Source: Pirellulales bacterium
Lineage (GTDB): Bacteria > Planctomycetota > Planctomycetia > Pirellulales > PALSA-1355
Reading direction: 5' to 3'
Assembly: GCA_963733035.1 (NCBI GenBank)
Contig: CAVTBU010000005.1
Span: 1,472,001 to 1,536,000 of the forward strand
DNA: 64,000 nt
Shown here: positions 11,780-21,362 of the stretch, in pieces
How positions within the stretch are numbered: the stretch's first letter is position 1
Layout of the letters: each line of letters begins with the position of its first letter
Translations under genes and position numbers: made by a program
The notes under the pieces: generated by a model
What the model was told of the DNA's origin: nothing
Database searches by the model: none
The model's input: only the letters and a program-made list of their open reading frames with translations

Positions 11780-12427
11780 TCAGGTGGTTAGTGATGCTTC
11801 CAGCAAACAGCCGAACTCACGCGGAAAATCGACCGAAACGCGGGCATGGACCGCGCCCTGGCGGTCGAGGAAGCGTTGCGTGCCTGCCCGCGTGAACACG
11901 CCGTCATGCCAAATGTTTGGATGAATGTACAATCCCTGCGTGCCGTCGAAGCGAAAACAAACGAACTTTTCGGGCGTCACGTCGTCGCCGGGTAGCGCCA
12001 ACGGAACATAGAACGGCCGCTTATCGAGCGGGAAGAACATCTGACCGCCATCAGGATGGTAATTGGCGTGCCACAACAGCATCCGTTCGGGCGGGCGAGC
12101 GTGCGTTTGATCTGCGGTGGCCGGTTCGACACCGTAGGCCAGGATGTAATGGCCATCGACGGCCTCGTTGCGCCCGAATAACACGTCTCCCTTCCACTCG
12201 CTGATGAAAATGCCCTCGGTCGTGCCTCCTTCGTCGCCGCTATCGGAGTCGACGGGCCGCCAACCCTGCGCGGGCCAGCGCACGATTTCAATGGGCTGCA
12301 ACTCGGGGTCGTCTATTAGAGACCCAAAACCAGCGAGAGACTCCCCAGTGGCCTGCACGACGGGCATCGAGACACGACGCAGGTCCGCGGGCAAATTGGG
12401 ATTCAAGTAGTCGATTGCGCTGTGCAT
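11780..12427 (-). CDS. Ureidoglycolate lyase-like (cupin-fold) protein
   Basis: ATGESLAGFG, ANYHPDGGQMFFP and GLYIHPNIWH motifs. Confidence 0.7.
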   Translation of the reverse strand: MHSAIDYLNPNLPADLRRVSMPVVQATGESLAGFGSLIDDPELQPIEIVRWPAQGWRPVDSDSGDEGGTTEGIFISEWKGDVLFGRNEAVDGHYILAYGVEPATADQTHARPPERMLLWHANYHPDGGQMFFPLDKRPFYVPLALPGDDVTPEKFVCFRFDGTQGLYIHPNIWHDGVFTRAGTQRFLDRQGAVHARVSVDFPREFGCLLEASLTT

Positions 12428-12674
12428 TAATCGTCGCCTGCCGCGAGGGGCATTTCCATTCGATTTTCAGGGGGGATCCACTGCCGACATTTTACCGGCT
12501 GGCTCGCCCATCGCAAATCGTGGCTGACCAATCAAGCGCGCAGCGATTGCGTCTACCAACCCATTTTGCTCATCGGCATTTTTGCGCGAGCCGCCGCGCA
12601 TGGCCCAGCACCGGCAGAATGTTGGAGCTGACGGTGCTGGACCAAACGAGCTGACTGCGTCAGAACGCGTTCAA

Positions 12675-13349
12675 CTAACGGTAACGGCGTTTGCGAATCG
12701 CGAAGCCGGCGACGCCGAACATGCCAAGGCCGCAGAGAACGACGCTCGACGGTTCCGGCACGGCAACGCTGTAGAATCCCAAACTTATCGACGAATTCGT
12801 ATCGCCTCCGGAAGCCTGACGCACGGTGTTGAGGGGCACAAACCCGCCACCGGTGTCCGCGGAGAACTGGATGTTAATGCTGTAGTCGCCGCCGGCGGAG
12901 TTGTCGATCACCGCTCCGATTGCCGGAAAAGTGTATCCGGCGATGGGAAGCGTGGACCAGGTTGGCGTTCCGGCCGTAATCGAAATATCCATCTTGAGCG
13001 GAATCGACGAATAAAACGTTGAGGTGTCCGGATCCGTCCACGAGGTCGTTCCCGTCCAGGTTCCCGTGCTGCCGCTCACGCTGCTGAAAGTGAGCAGATG
13101 GGCGGAACCGTCGAGCCCGGCCGTGGGCGTTGTCGTGTCCCACAGACCCTGCCACAAGCCTGTCAGGCCGGACACGTCAAAGGCGCTGTAGTTCGCCGTC
13201 ACACCCCCGGGGTCACCTGGAGAACCAGAGGACGAATAGCTATTTCCGCCGGGCGCCGGGTAGTCCGGCCCCGCCGGAATCGTGTCGGCGAGGACGAAGC
13301 GAGAGAAGGTGGCCAATAATAGTACACAAACGCAAGTTCTAAGAGTCAT
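12675..13349 (-). CDS. PEP-CTERM surface protein
   Basis: Signal peptide, S/T/G-rich body, C-terminal VPEPSS + TM + RKRRYR. Confidence 0.9.
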   Translation of the reverse strand: MTLRTCVCVLLLATFSRFVLADTIPAGPDYPAPGGNSYSSSGSPGDPGGVTANYSAFDVSGLTGLWQGLWDTTTPTAGLDGSAHLLTFSSVSGSTGTWTGTTSWTDPDTSTFYSSIPLKMDISITAGTPTWSTLPIAGYTFPAIGAVIDNSAGGDYSINIQFSADTGGGFVPLNTVRQASGGDTNSSISLGFYSVAVPEPSSVVLCGLGMFGVAGFAIRKRRYR

Positions 13350-13701
13350 TAGCGTTCCTCCCAGTCAAGGCGGTTTGTAACGCGCGCAAAGTTAAATGAG
13401 ACCGCGCGCCTCTCCAATATGTAAAGGAACGCATTCGGAGGAGACGGAACCTCAGCGCCTCAGAAAAAATCGAGAATCGCTATCGATGACGAGCAACTTC
13501 GACTGCAAGGCGCGCAGCCAGCGCGGTGCGTTCGCACACTCTGCTAACAACCTGCACGCACCGCGACGAGACTTCCCGTATTTGCTTGACCCTCGGTGCA
13601 GACCCCGATAACCTGCCGACTGGGTTCCAGCTTTGCTTGGCCCCGGAGCGTGCGAAAAACTACCTCGTCTATTTGGGCTCACATGTTCGAGGAGTTCGCT
13701 A

Positions 13702-14334
13702 ATGATCACGACCGCCGCTGTTTGCGATGTTGCAACGCACGGCCGAAACGATTCGCTTGACGACTGGCTCGCACTGGCCCGCCAGGGATCGGTATCGGCG
13801 CTGGGACATGTCTTGAACTCACAACGCGGCCCTTTGTTGACCTTGGCACGCCGCGGTCTCGATGCTCGGCTGCAAGCAAAAGTCGGCGCCGAGGACCTTG
13901 TGCAGGAAACGTTCGTTCAGGCCCAGAAGGACTTCGAGCAATTTCGCGGTGGTAGCTATCATGAATTCAGCAGTTGGCTGCGCTCGATCCTTGCCAATCG
14001 CCTGGCCAACAGCGTTCGCCACTATCGACACACGAAACAGCGCACGATCGATCGCGAATTGTCGCACACGGCCGCGGCCTCGCGATTGCGGGTTGTGTGT
14101 GACGATGTATCCGGCCCAAATGCAACGCTGATCCAACGCGATGAACAACAACGAATGCGATTGGCTCTGTCGCGACTCTCTCTGGAACAGAGAACGGTCC
14201 TTCTTGAACACACATGCCAAGGGCTTTCGTTTGCGAGGATTGCCGAGCGGCATCACAATTCGCCGAAACAGGCCCGACTTGCCTGGCATCGTGCGGTCCG
14301 GAAACTAGGACGACTACTGACCGGAATCGATTGA
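13702..14334 (+). CDS. ECF sigma-70 factor, planctomycete type (no adjacent kinase)
   Basis: Region 2 KVGAEDLVQETF...FSSWLRSIL; region 4 LSFARIAERH...WHRAVRKL; RBS GAGGAG before ATG 13702. Confidence 0.88.
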   Translation: MITTAAVCDVATHGRNDSLDDWLALARQGSVSALGHVLNSQRGPLLTLARRGLDARLQAKVGAEDLVQETFVQAQKDFEQFRGGSYHEFSSWLRSILANRLANSVRHYRHTKQRTIDRELSHTAAASRLRVVCDDVSGPNATLIQRDEQQRMRLALSRLSLEQRTVLLEHTCQGLSFARIAERHHNSPKQARLAWHRAVRKLGRLLTGID

Positions 14335-14466
14335 ATCGCTCCTGATCCGATCGTGCGCTTTTGAGGCGCGGCAATTCCGGTCTATGATGGCGGATGCCGC
14401 GTTGCGGCACTCTCGAGAATCCGCCTGACGTCTCGCATCACATTTGCCCAGGTACCTCATCGTCCT

Positions 14467-16065
14467 ATGTCCACCCTCTGGAAAGCTTGCGAATTTGCCA
14501 ACAAGATCCATTGGCCACGCATCACCGCGCTGGGCTGCCTCTTCGCCGGTTCGTTTCTCGCCGAGGCATGTGCCGGCGAGGCAAAGCCGAACGTTGTGGT
14601 TATTCTGGCTGACGATCTCGGCTACGGTGATCCGGCTTGCTACGGAGGCCAGATTTCCACGCCCAACCTCGATGGATTGGCGGCGGCCGGAATGCGCTTT
14701 ACGGATGCTCACACAAGTTCCTCGGTCTGTTCTCCGACGCGCTATGGATTGCTGACCGGCCGATATAACTGGCGATCGAAACTCAAACACGGAGTCTTGG
14801 GTGGCCTGAGCCCCCGACTGATTGAGCCAGACCGGCTGACAATCGGCTCGCTCTTGCAAGCCCAGGGCTACACGACCGCCGCCGTCGGCAAATGGCACCT
14901 CGGCATGAATTGGGTCGTCAAGCCAGGCGCGTCGGTAACCGAACTTGGCATCGAGCCCCGAGAACAAGTGTTTAACGTCGAATACGGAGAGCCGATTGCC
15001 GCGGGACCGAACAGCGTCGGTTTTGACTACTACTATGGCATCAGCGCGTCGCTGGACATGGTGCCCTATACGTTTATCGAAAACAACCGAGTAGTTGCGC
15101 TGCCGACCGAGGATCGCAGCTTCCTGATGATGCACGGTCGCCCAAAGGGAGGCCGCACGCGGCAGGGTCCGGCAGCGCCAGGTTTCGACGCGGTCGACGT
15201 GCTCCCCGCGATCGCCAGCAAGACCTGCGAGTTCATCGAGAAGCATGCCGCGATGGCACGCCAGTACAAACCGTTCTTTATCTACGTGCCGCTGACAGCC
15301 CCGCACACGCCTATCCTGCCGTCACGCGACTGGCAGGGCAAAAGTGACATGACTCCGTACGCCGATTTCGTCATGCAGACCGACGCGGCCGTCGGACAAA
15401 TCTTGGCGGCACTCGAAGAACAACAACTGGACGAAAACACGCTGGTGATTGTCACGAGTGACAATGGATGTTCGCCCAGCGCGGACTTCGCACAGCTTGC
15501 CGAGCACGGGCATTACCCCAGCGGTCCCCTTCGAGGCCACAAAGCGGACATTTTCGAGGGCGGGCATCGCGTTCCGTTCATCGTACGCTGGCCGGGCAAA
15601 GTCGGCGCGGGGACTAAGAGCACGCAATTGATCTGCTTGACCGACGTATTGGCCACGGTGGCGGAAATCGTCGGCGCGCCGCTGTCTGACAATGCAGCCG
15701 AGGACAGTATCAGCTTTCTGCCGACCTTGCAGGGAAAAACCAGTGCGGGCCGCGACCACCTGGTCTCGCACTCCATCAATGGATCATTCGCGATTCGGAA
15801 AGGTCCGTGGAAGCTGCTGCTGTGCCCCGATTCGGGAGGGTGGAGCCAACCCCGGCCGGGCACGCCCGCGAGCAAGTCGTTGCCTTCCCGGCAGCTCTAT
15901 AACCTTGACGAAGATCTTGGAGAGCAAACGAACCTGATCGACCAGAACTCGGAAATGGAGCAACACCTCCACGCCCTGCTGCAGGATATGGTTGACCGCG
16001 GCCGGACGACTCCCGGTGGCAGGCAGCCGAACACCGGGCAGGTCGACATCGAGCCTTCGCGGTAG
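14467..16065 (+). CDS. Arylsulfatase (formylglycine-dependent sulfatase)
   Basis: PNVVVILADDLGYGD, CSPTRYGLLTGR, GKWHLG, TSDNG and EGGHRVPFIVRWP motifs. Confidence 0.95.
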   Translation: MSTLWKACEFANKIHWPRITALGCLFAGSFLAEACAGEAKPNVVVILADDLGYGDPACYGGQISTPNLDGLAAAGMRFTDAHTSSSVCSPTRYGLLTGRYNWRSKLKHGVLGGLSPRLIEPDRLTIGSLLQAQGYTTAAVGKWHLGMNWVVKPGASVTELGIEPREQVFNVEYGEPIAAGPNSVGFDYYYGISASLDMVPYTFIENNRVVALPTEDRSFLMMHGRPKGGRTRQGPAAPGFDAVDVLPAIASKTCEFIEKHAAMARQYKPFFIYVPLTAPHTPILPSRDWQGKSDMTPYADFVMQTDAAVGQILAALEEQQLDENTLVIVTSDNGCSPSADFAQLAEHGHYPSGPLRGHKADIFEGGHRVPFIVRWPGKVGAGTKSTQLICLTDVLATVAEIVGAPLSDNAAEDSISFLPTLQGKTSAGRDHLVSHSINGSFAIRKGPWKLLLCPDSGGWSQPRPGTPASKSLPSRQLYNLDEDLGEQTNLIDQNSEMEQHLHALLQDMVDRGRTTPGGRQPNTGQVDIEPSR

Positions 16066-16245
16066 CAGACCGTTGAAAAGAGACCTCGCGGCCGGGCGGT
16101 AGTATAATCAGCCCCATGGTCTGCTGGGCGAAGTTTCGTAAGCTCGGCTTTGTAATCTCAGCGGGGCCACTTGTTGACACTGCGATTCGCAATCGCTCCA
16201 CCGCCGTCATCTAGTTCATCATCACACTCAACCCCGAACAACTCC

Positions 16246-17544
16246 ATGCTTCCACAACGACTCCTGACGCTCGTCATCATAACCTGCTCGCTTTGTTCGT
16301 TGGCACAGGCCGAACTGAAGGTCGGCGTTGGCAAGGCGATCATCACGCCCGATCCGCTGCTGCCTGTCTCCGGCGGCGTCGGCCCCGGCAATCCGTCCAC
16401 CGGCAAGCAGGGCGAGCTGACCGCTCGCGCCATGGTCTTCCAACAGGGTGAAACCACAGTCGCTTTCGTGCAACTCGACCTCCTTGGCTTCCCCTCGGTA
16501 CTTTGCGAACGCGTTCACAAACAGGTCCCTCGCATTCCGGCCGACAACATTCTTATTGGCTCGACGCACACGCATAGTGCTCCAGACTGCTACGGCTTTC
16601 CTGGCCCCAACGGTAGAGCCTCGGGCAATCTGAAGTACATGGACTTTGTCTGCAATCAGGCGGCGATTGCCATCAACCAGGCGTTCGACAACCTTCAGAC
16701 CGCCCAACTCAAGATGGCCACCGGCGAAGCCAAGGGAAAGATCGCCTACAACTATTACGCTCCGGAGCTTTACGATCCGCGGATGAGCGTCATTCAGGCC
16801 GTCTCCCCAGCCGGCGAAACGATCTGCACTTTGGTCAACTATGCCATCCATCCGGAAGTTCTCGGCAGCGGAGTCGGCCTTGTCAGCCCCGACCTTGTCG
16901 GCCCGCTGTGCGACAAACTCGAGACCGATCTTGGCGGCATGGGAATGTTCATGAACGGCGCACAAGGAGGCATGATCACGGCCGACAACCGTCGGCTTGA
17001 AAACCCCTCCGACCCGATCCACGCGAAGTGGCACGACTCCCGCACCTGGGAAGAGTGCCTGCGGATTGGTCAACTGATGGCCTCCGAAGCGGAGCGTATT
17101 GTCAAAGACGCCAAACCGCAAACCGACCCCGGCCTTGCCTGCTTTGCCCGGGAGGTCAAGTTCCCGGTTGCTTCCGACCTGATGTGGACCATCATCTTGG
17201 CCTCGCCGTTGAAGTATCCGCACAATAGCGACAAGTCGATCACCACGCGTATGAACCTGGTGAATCTCGGCAACGCCCAGATCCTCACCATCCCGGGCGA
17301 AGCCCTCCCCAACATCGGCTACTACATCAAGCGACACATGAAAGGGGAAAACAATCTACTGTTCGGCCTCACCAACGACGCCTTTGGCTACATCCTCACC
17401 AAGGTCGATTTCAATAGCTTCAAGCGCTACGAATACGTCTCACGTACCTCACTCGGCGAAATGACGGGCGAAATCCTCATTGAGAACGCGCTCGAATTGA
17501 TCGAAGAGTCGCCCGCGCCGGAAGCAATCGACGGCAAGAATTGA
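16246..17544 (+). CDS. Secreted neutral/alkaline ceramidase-like protein
   Basis: Signal peptide; VGVGKAIITP, STHTHSAP, NYAIHP, NGAQGG, IPGE and GLTNDAFGYI motifs. Confidence 0.75.
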   Translation: MLPQRLLTLVIITCSLCSLAQAELKVGVGKAIITPDPLLPVSGGVGPGNPSTGKQGELTARAMVFQQGETTVAFVQLDLLGFPSVLCERVHKQVPRIPADNILIGSTHTHSAPDCYGFPGPNGRASGNLKYMDFVCNQAAIAINQAFDNLQTAQLKMATGEAKGKIAYNYYAPELYDPRMSVIQAVSPAGETICTLVNYAIHPEVLGSGVGLVSPDLVGPLCDKLETDLGGMGMFMNGAQGGMITADNRRLENPSDPIHAKWHDSRTWEECLRIGQLMASEAERIVKDAKPQTDPGLACFAREVKFPVASDLMWTIILASPLKYPHNSDKSITTRMNLVNLGNAQILTIPGEALPNIGYYIKRHMKGENNLLFGLTNDAFGYILTKVDFNSFKRYEYVSRTSLGEMTGEILIENALELIEESPAPEAIDGKN

Positions 17545-17611
17545 CGGGCGGCATTTCAGGCTGATTGACATTACTTACTACGGCAGCGAATCATCGCCGC
17601 CATACGAAAAT

Positions 17612-17639
17612 CGGCCGCTGTCCGGTGGAGACAGCGGCC
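17612..17639. terminator. Hairpin between convergent genes, also downstream of the degenerate tRNA relic
   Basis: GGCCGCTGTC / GACAGCGGCC 10-bp perfect stem with an A-run on the left. Confidence 0.6.
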
Positions 17640-17647
17640 ATCAGAAA

Positions 17648-17674
17648 AGCGGGCCAAGCAATTCGAACGTTCGA
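17648..17674 (-). pseudogene. Degenerate tRNA-Gly 3'-end fragment (old att scar)
   Basis: AGCGGGCCAAGCAATTCGAACGTTCGA matches 19197-19223 at 22/27 positions and sits beside a homologous hairpin. Confidence 0.65.
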
Positions 17675-17763
17675 TCGGACCAAGGAGTCGATTGGTTCGC
17701 GGCGCAGGGATGGTTAACTCTGCGATGCGCGGGGTGCGTCAGCCGGCGAAACACGGTTGACGC

Positions 17764-18852
17764 TCAGCATCCCCTTCTTCGTCCGATCAGGACCAGTGCG
17801 ACGAGCCCCAGGCCCGCGATCATCAGCGATGAAGGTTCCGGAATCGCCATGCAGGCATTGTTGATCCAAGCGATGTCGGCCGCGGTGAGCAAGTTTGCGC
17901 CGCTTGCGATGTTATCCGAGAACAGTTGCGGGTTGTTGTTATTTCCAAAAGTGTGCACGGCGAAAATCGTGTCGCTAAACGCACTGATCGTCTGCGTTCC
18001 TACTGGATCTCCGTACACGTCGGTCAACCCGTCGACCGTGAAGTTCACCGCATCGGACGTGAAATATGGCCCGCCGGAATCACCACCGAAACTTGACCCG
18101 ACACCTAAATCCGGGTTGCCGGGACTGACGGGGCCGGGGTTCCATTTCACATCGGTATAGGTGTAACCATCATGTGCCGCCCCGGCGTTAACGCTCACGG
18201 GATTCGCATTGTCGAAGCGTTGGATGCCGACTGACAATTGAGGCGTAAACCCGTCCTGGATGCCCGAATCGTAATGCGGCACGCCGGTGAGACCGTATCC
18301 CACTTCCGTGAAGGTTCCTGGTAAGTTGCCGAGAGTGAGACTAGCCGGGGGAGTCCAGAGTTGAAGGTCTTGGACGCTGACGAAAAACGGATCGACCACG
18401 CCATAGCGGATGAAAGCCACCGCGAGATCCTCATTTCCTGTCGAACCGCCGCGCACGGTGTTCACGATGGGATAGGTGGCCGCAAAGCTATTGGCCGGGT
18501 TCGTGCCGTCGCCAAAATAGCCAAAGCCGATGCTATTGGCGCCTGCCGCGACGACATGGTCGGCCGTGAGTACGCAGAAGTAACCGATTTGTTGGGCCCC
18601 TTCAGTGATATAGTGTGACCCAATAATCGAACCAGTTCCGACGTCGACGGTCGGACTTTTGGTCATGTCGACCACCGAATAGAAGTTGCTAAAAGCCGTG
18701 GGATTTGTCGTTTGCTGGACCGGCGCGGTTGCCCAGGCCGAATGACACACCATGAACAAAGCGCTGCATGCCAAGATGACTGGGATGGGCAATCGCCCGA
18801 TTCGAGATCGGGACTGTCGAGCGTGGTCGCGGAACGTCGCTTTGCCATTCAT
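17764..18852 (-). CDS. PEP-CTERM protein with trypsin-like (S1) serine protease domain
   Basis: Catalytic-triad motifs VLTADHV, EDLAV and GDSGGP; C-terminal IPEPSS + TM + RRR. Confidence 0.85.
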   Translation of the reverse strand: MNGKATFRDHARQSRSRIGRLPIPVILACSALFMVCHSAWATAPVQQTTNPTAFSNFYSVVDMTKSPTVDVGTGSIIGSHYITEGAQQIGYFCVLTADHVVAAGANSIGFGYFGDGTNPANSFAATYPIVNTVRGGSTGNEDLAVAFIRYGVVDPFFVSVQDLQLWTPPASLTLGNLPGTFTEVGYGLTGVPHYDSGIQDGFTPQLSVGIQRFDNANPVSVNAGAAHDGYTYTDVKWNPGPVSPGNPDLGVGSSFGGDSGGPYFTSDAVNFTVDGLTDVYGDPVGTQTISAFSDTIFAVHTFGNNNNPQLFSDNIASGANLLTAADIAWINNACMAIPEPSSLMIAGLGLVALVLIGRRRGC

Positions 18853-18959
18853 CAGCGATCTCCTTGGTTAGACGGTCGCCGAAGTGGACATGGGGCAGAC
18901 AGTGGATCGCCGTGTCGACATTCAAGGCAGACCGCGGACTAGAAAACCCACGATTGCAC

Positions 18960-18987
18960 ACTGTAGCGTGCCGTGAGACATAGTCAA
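18960..18987 (-). promoter_or_regulatory. Putative sigma70 promoter of the PEP-CTERM protease gene
   Basis: Minus strand TTGACT-16 nt-TACAGT. Confidence 0.55.
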
Positions 18988-19158
18988 CAAAAAGCTGCGA
19001 GAAGTCAGTTTTCAACAACGGATTCTCGCCTTGCACCGTTCCGACCTGCCTCGGGCTTGAACGTTGCGGAGACGCACAAAACCGACAGATCGCCGGCACT
19101 TGGCACACTGAGGAGAACACGATGTCGAAGCAAGCCGCCGCGCCTGATCCCAATGCAT

Positions 19159-19189
19159 ACGGCCGCTGTCCACGCCAGACAACGGCCGT
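19159..19189 (-). terminator. Hairpin immediately downstream of the tRNA-Gly fragment
   Basis: Minus strand ACGGCCGTTGTC-7 nt-GACAGCGGCCGT with one G-U pair. Confidence 0.55.
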
Positions 19190-19196
19190 CACAAAG

Positions 19197-19241
19197 AGCG
19201 GGCGAAGGGATTCGAACCCTCGACATCCAGCTTGGGAAGCT
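19197..19241 (-). tRNA. 3' half of tRNA-Gly(CCC) (att site, not an intact gene)
   Basis: Minus strand AGCTTCCCAAGCTGGATGTCGAGGGTTCGAATCCCTTCGCCCGCT contains the anticodon arm with CCC, the T arm and the acceptor 3' strand. No D arm or 5' acceptor strand is present upstream. Confidence 0.9.
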
Positions 19242-19297
19242 ACCCGCTCCAATCCCTAAGTGCCAACTCCGGCCAACTTACGTCGACCGATTCTTCG

Positions 19298-19329
19298 GCT
19301 TGCACCGCAGCTTGCACCAGCTGTGCAAC
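19298..19329. repeat. Short direct repeats resembling integrase arm-type sites
   Basis: GCTTGCACC-gca-GCTTGCACC-a-GCTGTGCAAC; a further CTTGCACCG lies at 19030-19038. Confidence 0.55.
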
Positions 19330-19571
19330 GGCTGAAAAGCAAGAGCCCATCTCCGCCGTTAGAAGTTCGCGACCCCGTGTCGCCAAAGCCCTGACGGCGC
19401 TCGGAACGTTCGTCGAAAAGTTGCTCGCGCTCTCATCGCGCGACCGCGAGCAGCTAATCGCCCTACTCGAAACGGCAGAAGGCGAGCAGCCAAATCATCA
19501 CGCGAACGCGTGCACCGGCGAAGATGCGCATTAAGTCCCAATTGATTCTGCATAAAACGAGGTTCATGACG

Positions 19572-20009
19572 ATGGGCGGTATTGGTAGTGGAAGGCGGCT
19601 TGGTAGATGTCCTCGTCTGACGACGGATGACTGTCTGTGTCTCGATGTGAATCAGCTGTCCAGAGACGGCGTGCTCTGCCCGAGCTGGCGGGGACTACTG
19701 CACTGGAAGTTGCACGGGTCGAACGAATTATTTGCCAGCCTTCGATGCATCGCCGAACTTGACAGCCAGGGCCACCGACGCCTCCGCCTCAGCTACAGAC
19801 TCGACGATGGTCGCGAAATCGAAACTTTCATTCACATCCTGACGAGCCGACCTCATTTCGGAGGCGTGCGGAATTGGTTCCAGTGCCCCGGCGGGCGTCT
19901 TGGCACCGTTTGCGCTAGACGCGTAACGAAGCTCTATCTACGCGGCTCGCATTTTCTGTGTCGGCATTGTCAGGATCTGCGATACCGATCACGGTCAAAT
20001 CGGAGGTAG
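19572..20009 (+). CDS. Mobile-element-associated hypothetical protein with Zn-finger-like Cys motifs
   Basis: MGGIGSGRR...FGGVRNWFQCP...CARRVTKLY...FLCRHCQDLRY, a pattern recognised from phage/island hypotheticals; possibly C-terminally truncated. Confidence 0.65.
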   Translation: MGGIGSGRRLGRCPRLTTDDCLCLDVNQLSRDGVLCPSWRGLLHWKLHGSNELFASLRCIAELDSQGHRRLRLSYRLDDGREIETFIHILTSRPHFGGVRNWFQCPGGRLGTVCARRVTKLYLRGSHFLCRHCQDLRYRSRSNRR

Positions 20010-20055
20010 CGGTCGTTCAAGATAACCGAGTTTCTTTCGTCAAAGGAGTTTTCAA

Positions 20056-20323
20056 ATGGGTAGAAGTGTACTACCGCCGTACACGCCAGAGCAAATTGCC
20101 ATATTGGCCCAAGCCTTGGAGAAGGCGATTGAACAGATCGCCTATCAAGAGGAGGTCATGCGCAGAGCGCAAATCAAAAAGCGTCACGCTTGGCGACGCT
20201 ATGCTGCACAGGAGCTATCACCGCATTCTTCGATTCGCCGTTGCCCTTGAGCGCGGGGTTAATCAAGCCATCGACTGTCCGCGTCCGGTCCCCTGGGACG
20301 ACCGCCGAAATTGCGAAGGCTAA
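20056..20323 (+). CDS. Small hypothetical protein, probably one gene with an A-run frameshift at ~20176-20180
   Basis: RBS AAGGAG; MGRSVLPPYTPEQ...AQIK continues as SVTLGDAMLHRSY...NCEG* if one A is removed. Confidence 0.4.
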
Positions 20324-20352
20324 ATACTTCACCTTAAAAACGAGAGGTCAGC

Positions 20353-20952
20353 ATGTACTTGCAATGTCACGTCACCGCTTCGACTCGTCGGAGGTCCATC
20401 GAAGACTACGTTCGCGAGGTCAATGTCGATGTAATGGAGTATGGAGAGGAGGGAGCCATAGAGATTCTTCTTGGCCGGTTTGCATTCCAGCAAATCTTAT
20501 GGTCAGAGATTGAGTTGGATGGACAAGACGCGCATTCGGTTTTTGAAGAGTACTCGGACGACCTCGAGGCAGTCTATTTTTGTTTTGTCGACGAGTACGG
20601 CGATATACGATCTGAGTTTCAGGCGGAGGCACACGTCTCCCGCATCGTGGTCCTTGACCGGATGGTCTTGCACCCAAAGATCCTTAAACACGGCCAGCAT
20701 CTCTTGGAGGCTGCGCTCAATCTCTTCGGCACTAGTGTTTTCGTCGTATCTTGGCAAGAAGTGCCGCCACTAGCGGACAAGTCACTCGCAGAATTGGGAT
20801 TCAGAAGGGCTGCGGAGACGAATTTCATCTATCGGCACTCGAGTCTTCGGAGAAGCTACGAGAAGCGGTACCCGCGCGGGTACGAGAAGTTCGTCGATGC
20901 AAAACCCCGTTATGAGCAGTGGGTAATAGATGCGTGGACCAAGACGCAATAA
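20353..20952 (+). CDS. Hypothetical protein (199 aa)
   Basis: RBS GAGG, globular composition, no recognised motif. Confidence 0.7.
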   Translation: MYLQCHVTASTRRRSIEDYVREVNVDVMEYGEEGAIEILLGRFAFQQILWSEIELDGQDAHSVFEEYSDDLEAVYFCFVDEYGDIRSEFQAEAHVSRIVVLDRMVLHPKILKHGQHLLEAALNLFGTSVFVVSWQEVPPLADKSLAELGFRRAAETNFIYRHSSLRRSYEKRYPRGYEKFVDAKPRYEQWVIDAWTKTQ

Positions 20953-21029
20953 AGCAAATGCGCAAACTGCGAATGGTACCGCTCACACGCCCTCCGTAAA
21001 CAGCGGGGTTTTGTGGGTGCACGGTAGCA

Positions 21030-21120
21030 GAATAAAAACGCCCACGGCGACCGAAGCTGCCGCGGACGTGAGTTCCCCGGCTCGACGGAGCTAGGATCGA
21101 GCGGGAACGGTCTCTCCAAA
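21030..21120 (-). ncRNA. Candidate small RNA 1 (hairpin + UUCG terminator hairpin)
   Basis: GTTCCC-GCTCGA/TCGAGC-GGGAAC stem; ACGTCCGCGGCAGC-TTCG-GTCGCCGTGGGCGT followed by TTTTATT; promoter-like motif directly upstream; no credible ORF. Confidence 0.55.
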
Positions 21121-21121
21121 C

Positions 21122-21153
21122 ATTAAGGCGCCCAAATGCACGGAAACCGGACA
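21122..21153 (-). promoter_or_regulatory. ECF-type promoter-like motif, copy 1
   Basis: TGTCCG-16 nt-GCGCCTTAAT. Confidence 0.55.
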
Positions 21154-21302
21154 CCAGGACAGCATTTGCAAGACCGGCACCTCGCAACGTTTGCCACTGT
21201 TTGTCACACCTGAGAGCGGGGGTGATTTTTCACCTAATGTGGCTGGTAACCGTCGGTCGAATTGTACAAAAGGCAGCCGCCACGAAACGGGGCAGTTGCT
21301 CG

Positions 21303-21344
21303 GCCCGCACCTTTTGCTGCCCCGCAGGTGCGGGCGTTTTTTTT
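21303..21344 (+). terminator. Intrinsic terminator lying upstream of a small membrane-protein gene
   Basis: GCCCGCACCT / AGGTGCGGGC 10-bp stem followed by G and T8. Confidence 0.75.
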
Positions 21345-21362
21345 ACTCGACGAACAAGAACC

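Noticed and set aside
19197..19270. Intact tRNA-Gly gene
   Set aside because: No D arm or 5' acceptor strand upstream of the anticodon stem.
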